Of a DNA stretch of 64,000 nt, positions 8,151-16,688 are shown in pieces (position 1 is the first letter of the stretch; each line of letters begins with the position of its first letter). The stretch lies in the IMG/VR virus record IMGVR_UViG_2898748948_000001; one strand, 5' to 3'. Made by a program: the position numbers and the translations under genes. This stretch comes from an uncultured virus (IMG/VR IMGVR_UViG_2898748948_000001). Taxonomy: Duplodnaviria; Heunggongvirae; Uroviricota; Caudoviricetes. The notes beneath the pieces are model-generated. The model saw only the letters and a program-made list of their open reading frames with translations, ran no database searches and was not told the origin of the DNA.

Positions 8151-8891
8151 CTAATTGGGGTACAGCTGCGCTGTACGTGGGTCATCCATCACAGAGGTGA
8201 CAGCCGATGGTCGAGCGACTTCCGGTGCAAAACTCGACTGAGCCTCTGAGGCGGGCGCAGCAGGAGTTGGGCTACCCTGTGCCGAAGCATCCGGCCCGTA
8301 GTTGTTCCGGCGCTCATCTGCGGTCATGGATTGCGGGCATTTAGAACCCGTGATCTCCAGTGCCACGCGAGCGGCGGGATCCATGCAGTCCATTGCCAGC
8401 GAGGCTGCCTTCATGCCCTTGTTCCAGAGCTCACGGCTCATTTTCAGGCGCTTGCAATGCTCGTCCGTCCAGGTTGTGCCGAAGCTCACGCCAAAGCCAG
8501 GTCCGTTGGCACTGCCGCTGCTGCTGCCCATGCAGGTGTCATTGCTGGTAGTGAGGTTGGGTCCGCTCACGCTAGGAACGTTCTTCAGTGTGTATGTGCC
8601 GCTGTACTCGACGATGTTCTTGGACGTGCCGGACACCGTATTGTTCAGGTTCTGGGTAGTCGTTCCGCTCGTTGTGATGTTCTGGTCGGAGGTTGACGTG
8701 GATCGGCTTTCCATCATGGCCGTTGATCGGCTCTCCGCCGGAGATGCAACCGGATTGACAATCGTGACCGACTGGTTCTGTTGTGCACCCACAGATGAGG
8801 AGTTTGAGGAGCTTTGCGCGCTGCTGTCGGCACTTTGCGCATAACTGCACAAAGGAACGCAAAGACTTAACAGAGCTATTGAGAGTTTCAT
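8151..8891 (-). CDS. Secreted Ser/Thr/Asn-rich protein with Cys-containing C-terminal domain
   Basis: Signal peptide MKLSIALLSLCVPLCSYA; GGAG RBS; DTCMGS...DEHCKRLK...MDC...KC domain. Confidence 0.8.
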   Translation of the reverse strand: MKLSIALLSLCVPLCSYAQSADSSAQSSSNSSSVGAQQNQSVTIVNPVASPAESRSTAMMESRSTSTSDQNITTSGTTTQNLNNTVSGTSKNIVEYSGTYTLKNVPSVSGPNLTTSNDTCMGSSSGSANGPGFGVSFGTTWTDEHCKRLKMSRELWNKGMKAASLAMDCMDPAARVALEITGSKCPQSMTADERRNNYGPDASAQGSPTPAAPASEAQSSFAPEVARPSAVTSVMDDPRTAQLYPN

Positions 8892-8967
8892 GCTTTGCTC
8901 CTGCATTGCCCGAGCCTGGCCAGGCAGCCAGGCCCGGGACAAACACAACTATCTTGGGATAGCTGCC

Positions 8968-9651
8968 TTAATTGGCATTGGCCGTTGAGCCTGCACCGGC
9001 AGTACCGGAGGTGCCACCACCGTTGGAGAGGTAGCCAGCGTTACCCCAGGCGCCGGCATTCTGATGGACGGTACCCACAGAACCGGCATTAGAGGTGGTA
9101 TTGGTCAACGAGCCCCAAGGTGAGGAAACGGCTCCCGATGTGGCGTTGTAGCCAGAGGTGGTGCCTGCATTGTTGTGGACGTAGGCCAGGCCGCCGCCAG
9201 GGCCGGCGCCAGTTGCAGCAACATTCGCGGTCTGAGAAGAGGCGCCGCCGAAGGCTGTGCCGTTGACGGGTCCTGCGTTATAGCCGGCAGCAGCAGCTGA
9301 GCCCGCATTGGCATTGGTAGCCGCTACGCCGCCCGCAACACCGTTGCCGGAAGTGGCGGAAAGGCTCTTCACATTACCGAAAGTAGTTGCGCTACCGCCG
9401 ACAGCTGCCCCACCGATGCCAAAACCGCCTCCGCCGATAGCGCCGCCAGCAGCGTTTGCATTCGACGTTGCACCGGAGGTTGCACTATTCATGCTCAGCG
9501 CACTTCCGTTGCCCGAGCTGGCCGCACCCGACATCGTGGCAGACGATGCGCTCGACGTCGTGTTGGTGGCAGCAATGCTTGAGCTGCTCACAGCAGCAGA
9601 TGCAACACCAGCCAACGCAATAACCGCCATGGCAATCACAGACTTTTTCAT
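8968..9651 (-). CDS. Secreted Gly/Ala/Ser/Asn/Thr-rich low-complexity protein
   Basis: Signal peptide MKKSVIAMAVIALAGVASA; AAGGA RBS; mature part almost uncharged. Confidence 0.82.
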   Translation of the reverse strand: MKKSVIAMAVIALAGVASAAVSSSSIAATNTTSSASSATMSGAASSGNGSALSMNSATSGATSNANAAGGAIGGGGFGIGGAAVGGSATTFGNVKSLSATSGNGVAGGVAATNANAGSAAAAGYNAGPVNGTAFGGASSQTANVAATGAGPGGGLAYVHNNAGTTSGYNATSGAVSSPWGSLTNTTSNAGSVGTVHQNAGAWGNAGYLSNGGGTSGTAGAGSTANAN

Positions 9652-10259
9652 GATCGTTCCTTTAAATAGCGAGTTTTCAGACAAGTGAAAGAGAGAGTGT
9701 GTGAGCAAAAGACCATTTGCAGACCTGCAAAAGGCCCCTGTTAACCGTCAACAAGTTCTGGAGTGCTTGGTTACGTTCCAAAACAGGCATTCGGTGAGGC
9801 CAGTTTCAGAAAATGACTGAGAAACAGTAATACCCTGTTTAAAAATATTTTCTTAACTAAATTAATTCAATAAAAAACTGATTAAGTTATTGTGTTTTAT
9901 ACATGGTGCGCTATTGAAGAAATAGCATCCATGGGAAAATTCTTACAGTGTTAAAAAAAGTAATCTGTATTTCTGTTTACTTTCCATGTCCAATGTTTCA
10001 ACAACAAAGGGTTTATATCTATTTTTCACGCATCTACTTCAATAGATACCACATATTATAGTTTTAATTTGTAAAAATATAAACTACGTATTTCTTTATT
10101 TACTTTTAGTGGATTTTTAAAAAGGGAAATTTTATTTTTCGCGTGACTTCCAACCAATCCATCTACCTGCTGGGGTGTCACATGTATCTATCCGACGCAT
10201 CTATGAGCTCACGGTCTGACGTCGGCAGAACTGAAGGCGCATCTATTGCTTTCGGTGGC

Positions 10260-10946
10260 ATGTGGCCATCCGACATGAAGGGTCAGCAGAGCCAACCTGT
10301 GCGAGTCTTTCTGGTCGACGAAGACAGACACATCAGGAACGTAATCGCGCAGGAGCTCATGCGTGACCCGCGCACTCTTCTTGTAGGGCAGGCGTCCAGC
10401 TACAAAGAGGCTCGTAAGAGCGTCTTTTCTCAAGAGTTCGATGTACTCCTCATCGACCTGTCTATTGGCGAAGGCCAAGGAGCTGAGCTGCTGGAGTCCA
10501 TCCAGCTAAAAAGGCCTGACGTGCTATGCATCGCAATTTCTGCAAGTGAAAGCGACGATGCGGCCATGGATGCTCTTAAGAGAGGCGCTGTTGGATACCT
10601 GGTGAAGAATTCGTGGTTTGGAAGCTATTTGCAGGCTGTGCTGGAAGTAGCCAATGGTGGAGCTGCGATATCTCCCCGGGTGGCGAAAAAAATCATTCCA
10701 AAAATATTTAATGCAGCTATGCAGGGAGAAAAAATCTTCACGCATAAAAAATTTGAGTCACTGACTGAAAGAGAAATAGATATATTGAAGTTGATAGCTC
10801 AAGGAAAAACCACTCAAGAGATTTCGTCCTACTTAGAAATCAGCCCATTGACTGTGGCAACACATGTAAAAAATATTTACGGAAAAATGCAAGTCAGAAC
10901 CAGAGCACAAGCTGTCAGATATGCAATGCTGACAGGCATCATTTGA
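10260..10946 (+). CDS. NarL/LuxR-family response regulator (start uncertain)
   Basis: REC domain (FLVDED, LLIDL, GYLVK) plus LTEREIDILKLIAQG...TVATHVKNIYGK HTH. Confidence 0.9.
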   Translation: MWPSDMKGQQSQPVRVFLVDEDRHIRNVIAQELMRDPRTLLVGQASSYKEARKSVFSQEFDVLLIDLSIGEGQGAELLESIQLKRPDVLCIAISASESDDAAMDALKRGAVGYLVKNSWFGSYLQAVLEVANGGAAISPRVAKKIIPKIFNAAMQGEKIFTHKKFESLTEREIDILKLIAQGKTTQEISSYLEISPLTVATHVKNIYGKMQVRTRAQAVRYAMLTGII

Positions 10947-11136
10947 ACTCTCTTTTTTGTCTGAATTTAAGTTCAAGATAAATGGAATTTTTCTTACAAA
11001 TATTATTTGATTGAATATCTTTGGTAAGTGAATTTATTCACAAGGTTGCAGACGCTTTTTACCTGACTTCTTTCGATTGCGCAGCCCTTGTTTGGTAATG
11101 TTCAAAATCCTTCGCAACCTTGGTATGGGCAAGGCT

Positions 11137-11976
11137 TTAGGTGGTTGAGACCATAGTGCTTGGAAACCACTCTGCAACCATCAGTGCTGCTTGCGCATGA
11201 GCCAATTGCCAGTGCTCCTTTGAGGTGCTGCCGGGGTGGTCTGGCAATTCAATGTGCCGATCCGCAGCCCGAATAGCAAACCAGAGCCCGCTACTCCAAG
11301 CATCGTTAAGCGGTGGCTTATGAAGTGCCGGTGAAGTAATCACGATCACTCTCTTTCCAGCCGCCCGGGCGTAGCCAATCTCAACCAGAGTGCCGTAGGC
11401 TTCCAGATCTTCGAGATAGGCCACAACTACATCAGCCCGTGAAATGCCTTGGAGCGCTCCACGGTATGCCGCGTTCTGAGCTATATCAGGCGAGCACGAA
11501 GTCACTCCATGCGTGTGCCCGTGGTCGCTGCCTCTGGCCTTCCAGGGGCCCGAGTACATGAACCTTGTGCGCGTTCCATAAAAGACCATTTCTTGCGGCG
11601 GCGCGATCAGTACCTCAGCTTCCGAGCTTTCCGTTCCTAAAGCACCGAGGGCACTGGATTTGGAAACATCGAAGATTCGCCAGCAAGAAAAGTCCCCGCC
11701 TGACTTCTTGTTTTCTACAGACTCTCCCATCCTGCCCGCCATGTAGACGAGGGGGAGTGCGAGATTGACTTGGCGAGCTGCTTTTCTAGCCTGTAGCCAG
11801 TTTTCGATATCAGCCTCGAACCAGCCAATGCTTCTATTGCTCATCGGCGTTGGGTGAGGAAACTTGTCCTGCCGCAAGAGCTTGTAGAGCATCGATTTTG
11901 ATAGCGCTGTCCGAATCAACACCTCATCCATAGGGATGACATGTTTAGTGACACGTGACGTGCTCTCCCTAGACAT
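11137..11976 (-). CDS. AlpA-type HTH fused to a nucleoside 2-deoxyribosyltransferase-like (NDT) domain
   Basis: N-term RTALSKSMLY...FPHP...GWFEADIENW; C-term VYMAG, ADVVVAYL, GTLVEIGYARAAGK. Confidence 0.8.
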   Translation of the reverse strand: MSRESTSRVTKHVIPMDEVLIRTALSKSMLYKLLRQDKFPHPTPMSNRSIGWFEADIENWLQARKAARQVNLALPLVYMAGRMGESVENKKSGGDFSCWRIFDVSKSSALGALGTESSEAEVLIAPPQEMVFYGTRTRFMYSGPWKARGSDHGHTHGVTSCSPDIAQNAAYRGALQGISRADVVVAYLEDLEAYGTLVEIGYARAAGKRVIVITSPALHKPPLNDAWSSGLWFAIRAADRHIELPDHPGSTSKEHWQLAHAQAALMVAEWFPSTMVSTT

Positions 11977-12333
11977 ATGGCCTCTTGAATTCGGATGTTA
12001 GGTGCATGCACCATAGTTAATCAATGCAATAGATATTGATTCTTGATAGTTGATATCAATGTAAGAAACACTCTAACACGGGAGTAGCGCAAGAACGATT
12101 TGCATTTCCGGTATTGCTTATTGCCGCCGGAAGAGCTGCGCCAGTTCAACATCGTCAACGCCTTCGCCAAGCCCAATGACATGTGGGGAGTCCCAATAGA
12201 AATCGACCCCAACACCACGGGCGTGATGATTGCGGTCGATGGGACGGAAATGCCTTTGGTTGAAGGCTATTGAGAGACTGCCGGGCCGCGGCTACTCCTC
12301 TGCTACATTCCTTCGCACAGGAGGAATGAGAGG

Positions 12334-12676
12334 ATGAAAGCTGTTACGAGCGTCGCCGCTCTGCTGTGGACCACATCTGCATGCGCAGCAGATCACCGGG
12401 AATGAGCTGCATCAGTGGCTCTCGGAAACGAAGAAATCTCAAGCGGGTATCGCGTCGGACCGCCAACAGGCCAATATTGCTCGCGGGTACGTTTTAGGTG
12501 TTTCCGAAACACTGGCGTCTTCCGAAATCATCTGCATACTAGGTGGCGTCACACGCGGCCAAATCTTGGACATCATTTATATGGTGCTTGACACCAAGCC
12601 GCAGCTTAGGCACATGAATGCCAACCCTCTGGTCGCAGTGGCGTTGCAAGATGTCTTCCCCTGCAAGCCAAGATAG
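12334..12676 (+). pseudogene. Frameshifted Rap1a/Tai-like T6SS immunity protein
   Basis: Signal peptide in one frame; shifted frame reads TGNEL...GYVLGV...IC...GQI...PQLRH...ALQDVFPC. Confidence 0.7.
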
Positions 12677-12723
12677 ATCGCAACCGCTCTGCTACATTCC
12701 TTGAAAAAGGAAGAATGAGCGAG

Positions 12724-12963
12724 ATGAGAGCTTTTCAGATCACAGTGACTTGCGTGACCATTGCAGTTTTGACAGGCTGTGCCATTGGGCCAAGAGTCAT
12801 TAGCAGCAGCCCGCGCACCGTAGTGGTTCGGGCAGGCGATGCACGAGTCCAGGAGGCTCAGAATCTCGCAGAGCAAGAATGCAGCAAGCATCAGCTACAT
12901 GCTCGCCTCGTCCAGAGCCCTACCCCAAACTCAAGCAATTTCGTTTACGACTGTGTGAACTGA
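12724..12963 (+). CDS. Small lipoprotein (moron)
   Basis: Lipobox LTGC; AEQEC...YDC Cys pair. Confidence 0.75.
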   Translation: MRAFQITVTCVTIAVLTGCAIGPRVISSSPRTVVVRAGDARVQEAQNLAEQECSKHQLHARLVQSPTPNSSNFVYDCVN

Positions 12964-13776
12964 TTAACCCCACTGTTTGATGCCGGCGGCCCCCAGCATC
13001 CCTGCCGCGCTCCCCAGACCGCCCCACAGCGAATTGCTCGAGGAATTGGCCGCGATCCGGTTCTGATTGATCTGGCTATAGGTATTCGCAGACCCAGCCA
13101 GCCCGGCCTGGGCGCCTGCGTATCCCGAATTCAAAATCCCCTGCCCGCTCGTAGCCGCGCCCAGTCCAGCATTGGCGCTGCCGACAGCGCCCGCACCTAT
13201 TTGCGAAGCGATAGAGGCATTGGTTCCCTGCGCACTGGCAATATTGCGGCCCAGGCTTGCCGCGTCCATGCGCCGCGCATAGCCCTGCTGCTCCACGGTT
13301 TTCATGGCGGTATTCGCCGCGCCGGCCTTGGCCTTGGCCGCGCCAATGTCCAACGCTCCGGCCATGGCCATCACCTTGCCGCTGGCGGGGTTCACACCCG
13401 AGCGCTCCATCGCGCGCATCGTGGAGCCGCGCTGGGCCGCGATACTGGTTTCCACATCGGCGCTCGCGCTGGCAGCCTCGGCCGCGCGGCGCTCTGGGGT
13501 GTCATAGGCCTGGGCATCGGCCACCAGCTTCTGCTCGAGCGGTCGATAGGTGCTGGTGTAGTCCTCATAGCCCGCCTGGGCCACCTTGTTCTGCAGGTTC
13601 TGGGCTTCCAGCTGCGAGCGCGATACCTGGTCGGCCACTGCAGTAGCCGCCGCGCGTTCATAGGATGTTTCGCCGTAGATCTGCTTCGCCCATTCCAATT
13701 GTTCTTTGGAAAGCTGCGCCTGCATCAGCGCGGCCGCATTTTGCCCGCTGGTATCGACTTTGGTGCTCTTTCCCAT
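12964..13776 (-). CDS. Putative internal virion/DNA-ejection (pilot) protein
   Basis: MGK start, Ala/Gln-rich helical body, Gly-rich hydrophobic C-term; follows a GNAT-like gene. Confidence 0.65.
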   Translation of the reverse strand: MGKSTKVDTSGQNAAALMQAQLSKEQLEWAKQIYGETSYERAAATAVADQVSRSQLEAQNLQNKVAQAGYEDYTSTYRPLEQKLVADAQAYDTPERRAAEAASASADVETSIAAQRGSTMRAMERSGVNPASGKVMAMAGALDIGAAKAKAGAANTAMKTVEQQGYARRMDAASLGRNIASAQGTNASIASQIGAGAVGSANAGLGAATSGQGILNSGYAGAQAGLAGSANTYSQINQNRIAANSSSNSLWGGLGSAAGMLGAAGIKQWG

Positions 13777-13779
13777 TGC

Positions 13780-14397
13780 TCAGTCCTTTCCGGCGCGCTG
13801 CGCCCGCTCCTGGCCGCAGCCAATTCGTTTCGAGAATCCCGTGTGGGTGATCTGTCCACCCACAAACCGCGCCAGGCGGCCGGCATTGTTGGCCTCGCGC
13901 GAATGGCAGCTCATCTGCACGCGCCCCAGCTGCGCCAGCACCCGCTCGGCATAGCGCCACAGGTGCACCACCACCATTCCGCCGCGCGCGCCCTGCTCCA
14001 TAAACAGCATGTCGTCACATGCCACTGGCGCCCCGGTATTCAAGTCCTGATACAGGTTCAGCCACACGCTGCCCAGCAGCTGGCTATCTCGGCGCACAGT
14101 CAGAATCAGCAACTGGCCGGAGCGCTCAATCTGGCGCAATTCATCCCACTGCACATGAGCCGGTACGCCAGGTGGCAAGGTTTCCTCGAGGAAGCGCAGG
14201 CGCTGGGCGGCCAGCTCGCCGGCGGCCGGATCCGGCCCCAACTGCTCGGCCTGAAACACCAGGTCGCCGCGCCGCTCCACGGCCACCGGGCCCACGGCCA
14301 AATCCGGCAGACATTCGGCCACGACCTCGCGCGCCACCTCGACGGTCAAGGGCTGTCCGATACGTTTGGCTAGGGCCACAGCAAGCAATCCACGCAT
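13780..14397 (-). CDS. GNAT-like protein of the virion module
   Basis: DDMLFMEQGARGG motif-A-like; GGAG RBS. Confidence 0.6.
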   Translation of the reverse strand: MRGLLAVALAKRIGQPLTVEVAREVVAECLPDLAVGPVAVERRGDLVFQAEQLGPDPAAGELAAQRLRFLEETLPPGVPAHVQWDELRQIERSGQLLILTVRRDSQLLGSVWLNLYQDLNTGAPVACDDMLFMEQGARGGMVVVHLWRYAERVLAQLGRVQMSCHSREANNAGRLARFVGGQITHTGFSKRIGCGQERAQRAGKD

Positions 14398-14431
14398 ATG
14401 CTCTCCAGCGCCAGCGAATCTGGCAGGGCAC

Positions 14432-14465
14432 ATGAAACGACGGCCCTGCCCAAGATTCAAGGGGG
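14432..14465 (-). promoter_or_regulatory. Putative late promoter (motif copy 1)
   Basis: CCCCCTTGA-N15-GTCGTTTCAT on the minus strand, repeated at 34890 and 48790. Confidence 0.65.
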
Positions 14466-14467
14466 TA

Positions 14468-14719
14468 TCAGGAGACGGGCTTTGCCTCTACATCCGTCAC
14501 GCCGGCGGCATCAGCCGGCACTGCCGGCGCGGCCGCGGCAACCACCGCAGCCTTTTCGCGCTCGGATGCCTGGCCAGCTGCAAAAGCCTCCTGGGCGATG
14601 CTGTTCATCAGCTGCTGGATCGTTCCAACGATTCCTGCCGACAGCTCGGCGGTCAGCTTGTTGCCGACGTTGCTCTGCAGGACTTCATTCAGGCGGGGGT
14701 TGATGGCGTCTACTGTCAT
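14468..14719 (-). CDS. Small phage protein
   Basis: GAGG RBS, late-operon orientation. Confidence 0.7.
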   Translation of the reverse strand: MTVDAINPRLNEVLQSNVGNKLTAELSAGIVGTIQQLMNSIAQEAFAAGQASEREKAAVVAAAAPAVPADAAGVTDVEAKPVS

Positions 14720-14748
14720 GGTGGTTCCTCTGTTTGGTGATGGGTTGC

Positions 14749-15438
14749 TCAGGCTACGACGGGCTCGTCTTGCTCTGGTGTTGGTTCAGGCGCGGGTGCC
14801 GTCCAGCTGATGGATGCCACGGCCTGGGCATCCTCTGCGGCCTGGATCTCGGCATACAGGGCGCGGCTGCGCTGGTGAATACCGTCCACATGGGCCAGCA
14901 GGGCAAAGCCCACATTGATCACCGCGTCTGCATCGAGCTCCACCGTGGTGTTGTTCGCCAGGGTCCAGTTGATGGAATAGGGCTGGCCAGCATCGCGCGC
15001 GATCTTGGCAGCCATGGATGCGCCCACGATGCGAGCGCGGCTCTCTGCATCGCTGTCGAAGCGCCCCACGGCGGCCAGCTCGAAGCCTCCGGATTCCAGC
15101 TGGTCGCGGATGGCCTTGATTTCTGCCCACTTCAAAGCCCTGGCCGTGCCAAGATCATCGGCCGCCACATCTGCCACAAAGGTGCCGCCCTCCAGCACGC
15201 CATCCACCTGCGCCACCAGGCCACGCTCGAGCGAGCCCCAGGGGTCCTGCACATCCAGTGCGGCCAAAGGCAGCACCGGGTACTCCTGCCAGCGCAGGTT
15301 TTGATTGTTGGCCGCGTCCTCGGCTGTCAGGTACATATGCACCTGCAGCTGCAGCTTCCCGTCAGCGATTTCGGCCTTGACCACCCGATGGGCTCCGGCC
15401 ATGCCGTTGTTGGTATTCACAACCTTCAGAACTGTCAT
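14749..15438 (-). CDS. Tail-associated DUF4376-like protein
   Basis: IKAIRDQLESGG...FDSDAESR...WTLANN...EIQAA...ISW. Confidence 0.78.
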   Translation of the reverse strand: MTVLKVVNTNNGMAGAHRVVKAEIADGKLQLQVHMYLTAEDAANNQNLRWQEYPVLPLAALDVQDPWGSLERGLVAQVDGVLEGGTFVADVAADDLGTARALKWAEIKAIRDQLESGGFELAAVGRFDSDAESRARIVGASMAAKIARDAGQPYSINWTLANNTTVELDADAVINVGFALLAHVDGIHQRSRALYAEIQAAEDAQAVASISWTAPAPEPTPEQDEPVVA

Positions 15439-15589
15439 ATTTACCCCCTATGGCCTGTGGCCGTTTGAAATCAAATAAATCCGTCACTTTGAATAATTGA
15501 CCCGTCGCCCAAGGACATGGAGACGGCATCAGTTGGGAACTTCGTGAATTCGCCAGGGTGGTCGTTTTGTCGGTCGCCTTGACTCGAGT

Positions 15590-16264
15590 TCACAGACCAG
15601 CAATATCCGCGAGCAAGAAATTGCTGGCGGTCCCGTTCACGGGGTAGACGCTTCCAGGGCCGAGAATTGGTCCGGTTCCAACAATGATGTTTTCAGTAAT
15701 CAGCGTGTCTCCGCTGAATTTGACCGCCTCCAGCACCGCGAGATAGGGCGCTGCATCCGAACCCGAATTGACGAAGTAGAACTTCGACTGCCCAATGCAG
15801 ACAGCCTTCCCGGGCCAATAGCCGAGATTGTGGGAAGGGGGCCAGCCATCACCGCCAGCGAAAGCAGGCGTGGACGCGACCCCTGCGACCCGCATTTCTG
15901 GGGTGTTGCTGTTGTAAACGACATTTCCAGAACCGTCATAGACGCTCAGCCCAGGGCCAGTGTCGGAAACGGCCCTTTCAGCATCGAACACCCACCAGTC
16001 CACAGAGGCTGTCAGATTCGGTTGCACCGAGGCCCGCAAATTCCACACCGAAGTGCCGCCGGCATTGAACGTGAAGCCCATGATGCCCACGGCTGCTCCC
16101 GTGGGCCTGAAGCACAGGACTGGAGCGACAGACCCGCCCACGGAGATGTTTGCACCACCACCGTTCACAGCCAGCGAACCCTTGGCGACCATGGAATAGT
16201 TGAAGTAATCCTGGTCGATCTGGATCACACCGCTGTCATTGATGACTTGAAAGCCTGCGGGCAT
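15590..16264 (-). CDS. Tail-tip-associated protein (possible upstream in-frame start at 16414)
   Basis: MPAGFQVINDSG and GLSVYDGSGNVVYNS motifs; AAGGA RBS. Confidence 0.75.
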   Translation of the reverse strand: MPAGFQVINDSGVIQIDQDYFNYSMVAKGSLAVNGGGANISVGGSVAPVLCFRPTGAAVGIMGFTFNAGGTSVWNLRASVQPNLTASVDWWVFDAERAVSDTGPGLSVYDGSGNVVYNSNTPEMRVAGVASTPAFAGGDGWPPSHNLGYWPGKAVCIGQSKFYFVNSGSDAAPYLAVLEAVKFSGDTLITENIIVGTGPILGPGSVYPVNGTASNFLLADIAGL

Positions 16265-16370
16265 GTAATTGTCCTTGTTGTAAGCGACCTGGGAGGTGGC
16301 GGGAACTGAGTGAGGCGGTTCCTGCTCTGCAGATTCGCCACCGCCAGCACCTCCGCCGCAGGCCGCTAAG

Positions 16371-16649
16371 CTAATAGACAAAAGCAACGATGTTGCCAGT
16401 CGTTGGATATGCATTTTGGGTTTTTGCCCAATAGAGCGTAGAGCCCGAGAAAGATATGGATACATAGTGAGCGCCTCCTGAAGCTGGAATAAATAAGCCG
16501 AATGGTGTTCCCGTGAGAAACCCGGCGTTGGTGTATGAACCAGACGAACCGCCGCCCACGTAAATGATTGCTATGACCCTCGACAATCGAGTGGATGTAT
16601 CCACACGAGGCGTTCCGTCAGCGTTGAATACCTGAATCCCTTGCGGCAT
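16371..16649 (-). CDS. Tail-tip-associated small protein
   Basis: MPQGIQVFNADG...DTSTRL, directly after the tail fibre gene. Confidence 0.75.
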   Translation of the reverse strand: MPQGIQVFNADGTPRVDTSTRLSRVIAIIYVGGGSSGSYTNAGFLTGTPFGLFIPASGGAHYVSISFSGSTLYWAKTQNAYPTTGNIVAFVY

Positions 16650-16688
16650 TTCTTCGTCCTCAAATACTGGTGTTCTTCGCGCACTGCA

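Noticed and set aside
8968..9651. Curlin CsgA, FapC or ice-nucleation protein
   Set aside because: Lacks regular curlin Q/N repeats and the AGYGSTxT octapeptide; kept as an unknown low-complexity secreted protein
12100..12275. Short plus-strand coding-like fragment ending MPLVEGY
   Set aside because: No clear start or family; likely a remnant
11137..12300. Retron with NDT effector
   Set aside because: No RT ORF or msr/msd-like inverted repeats recognised nearby
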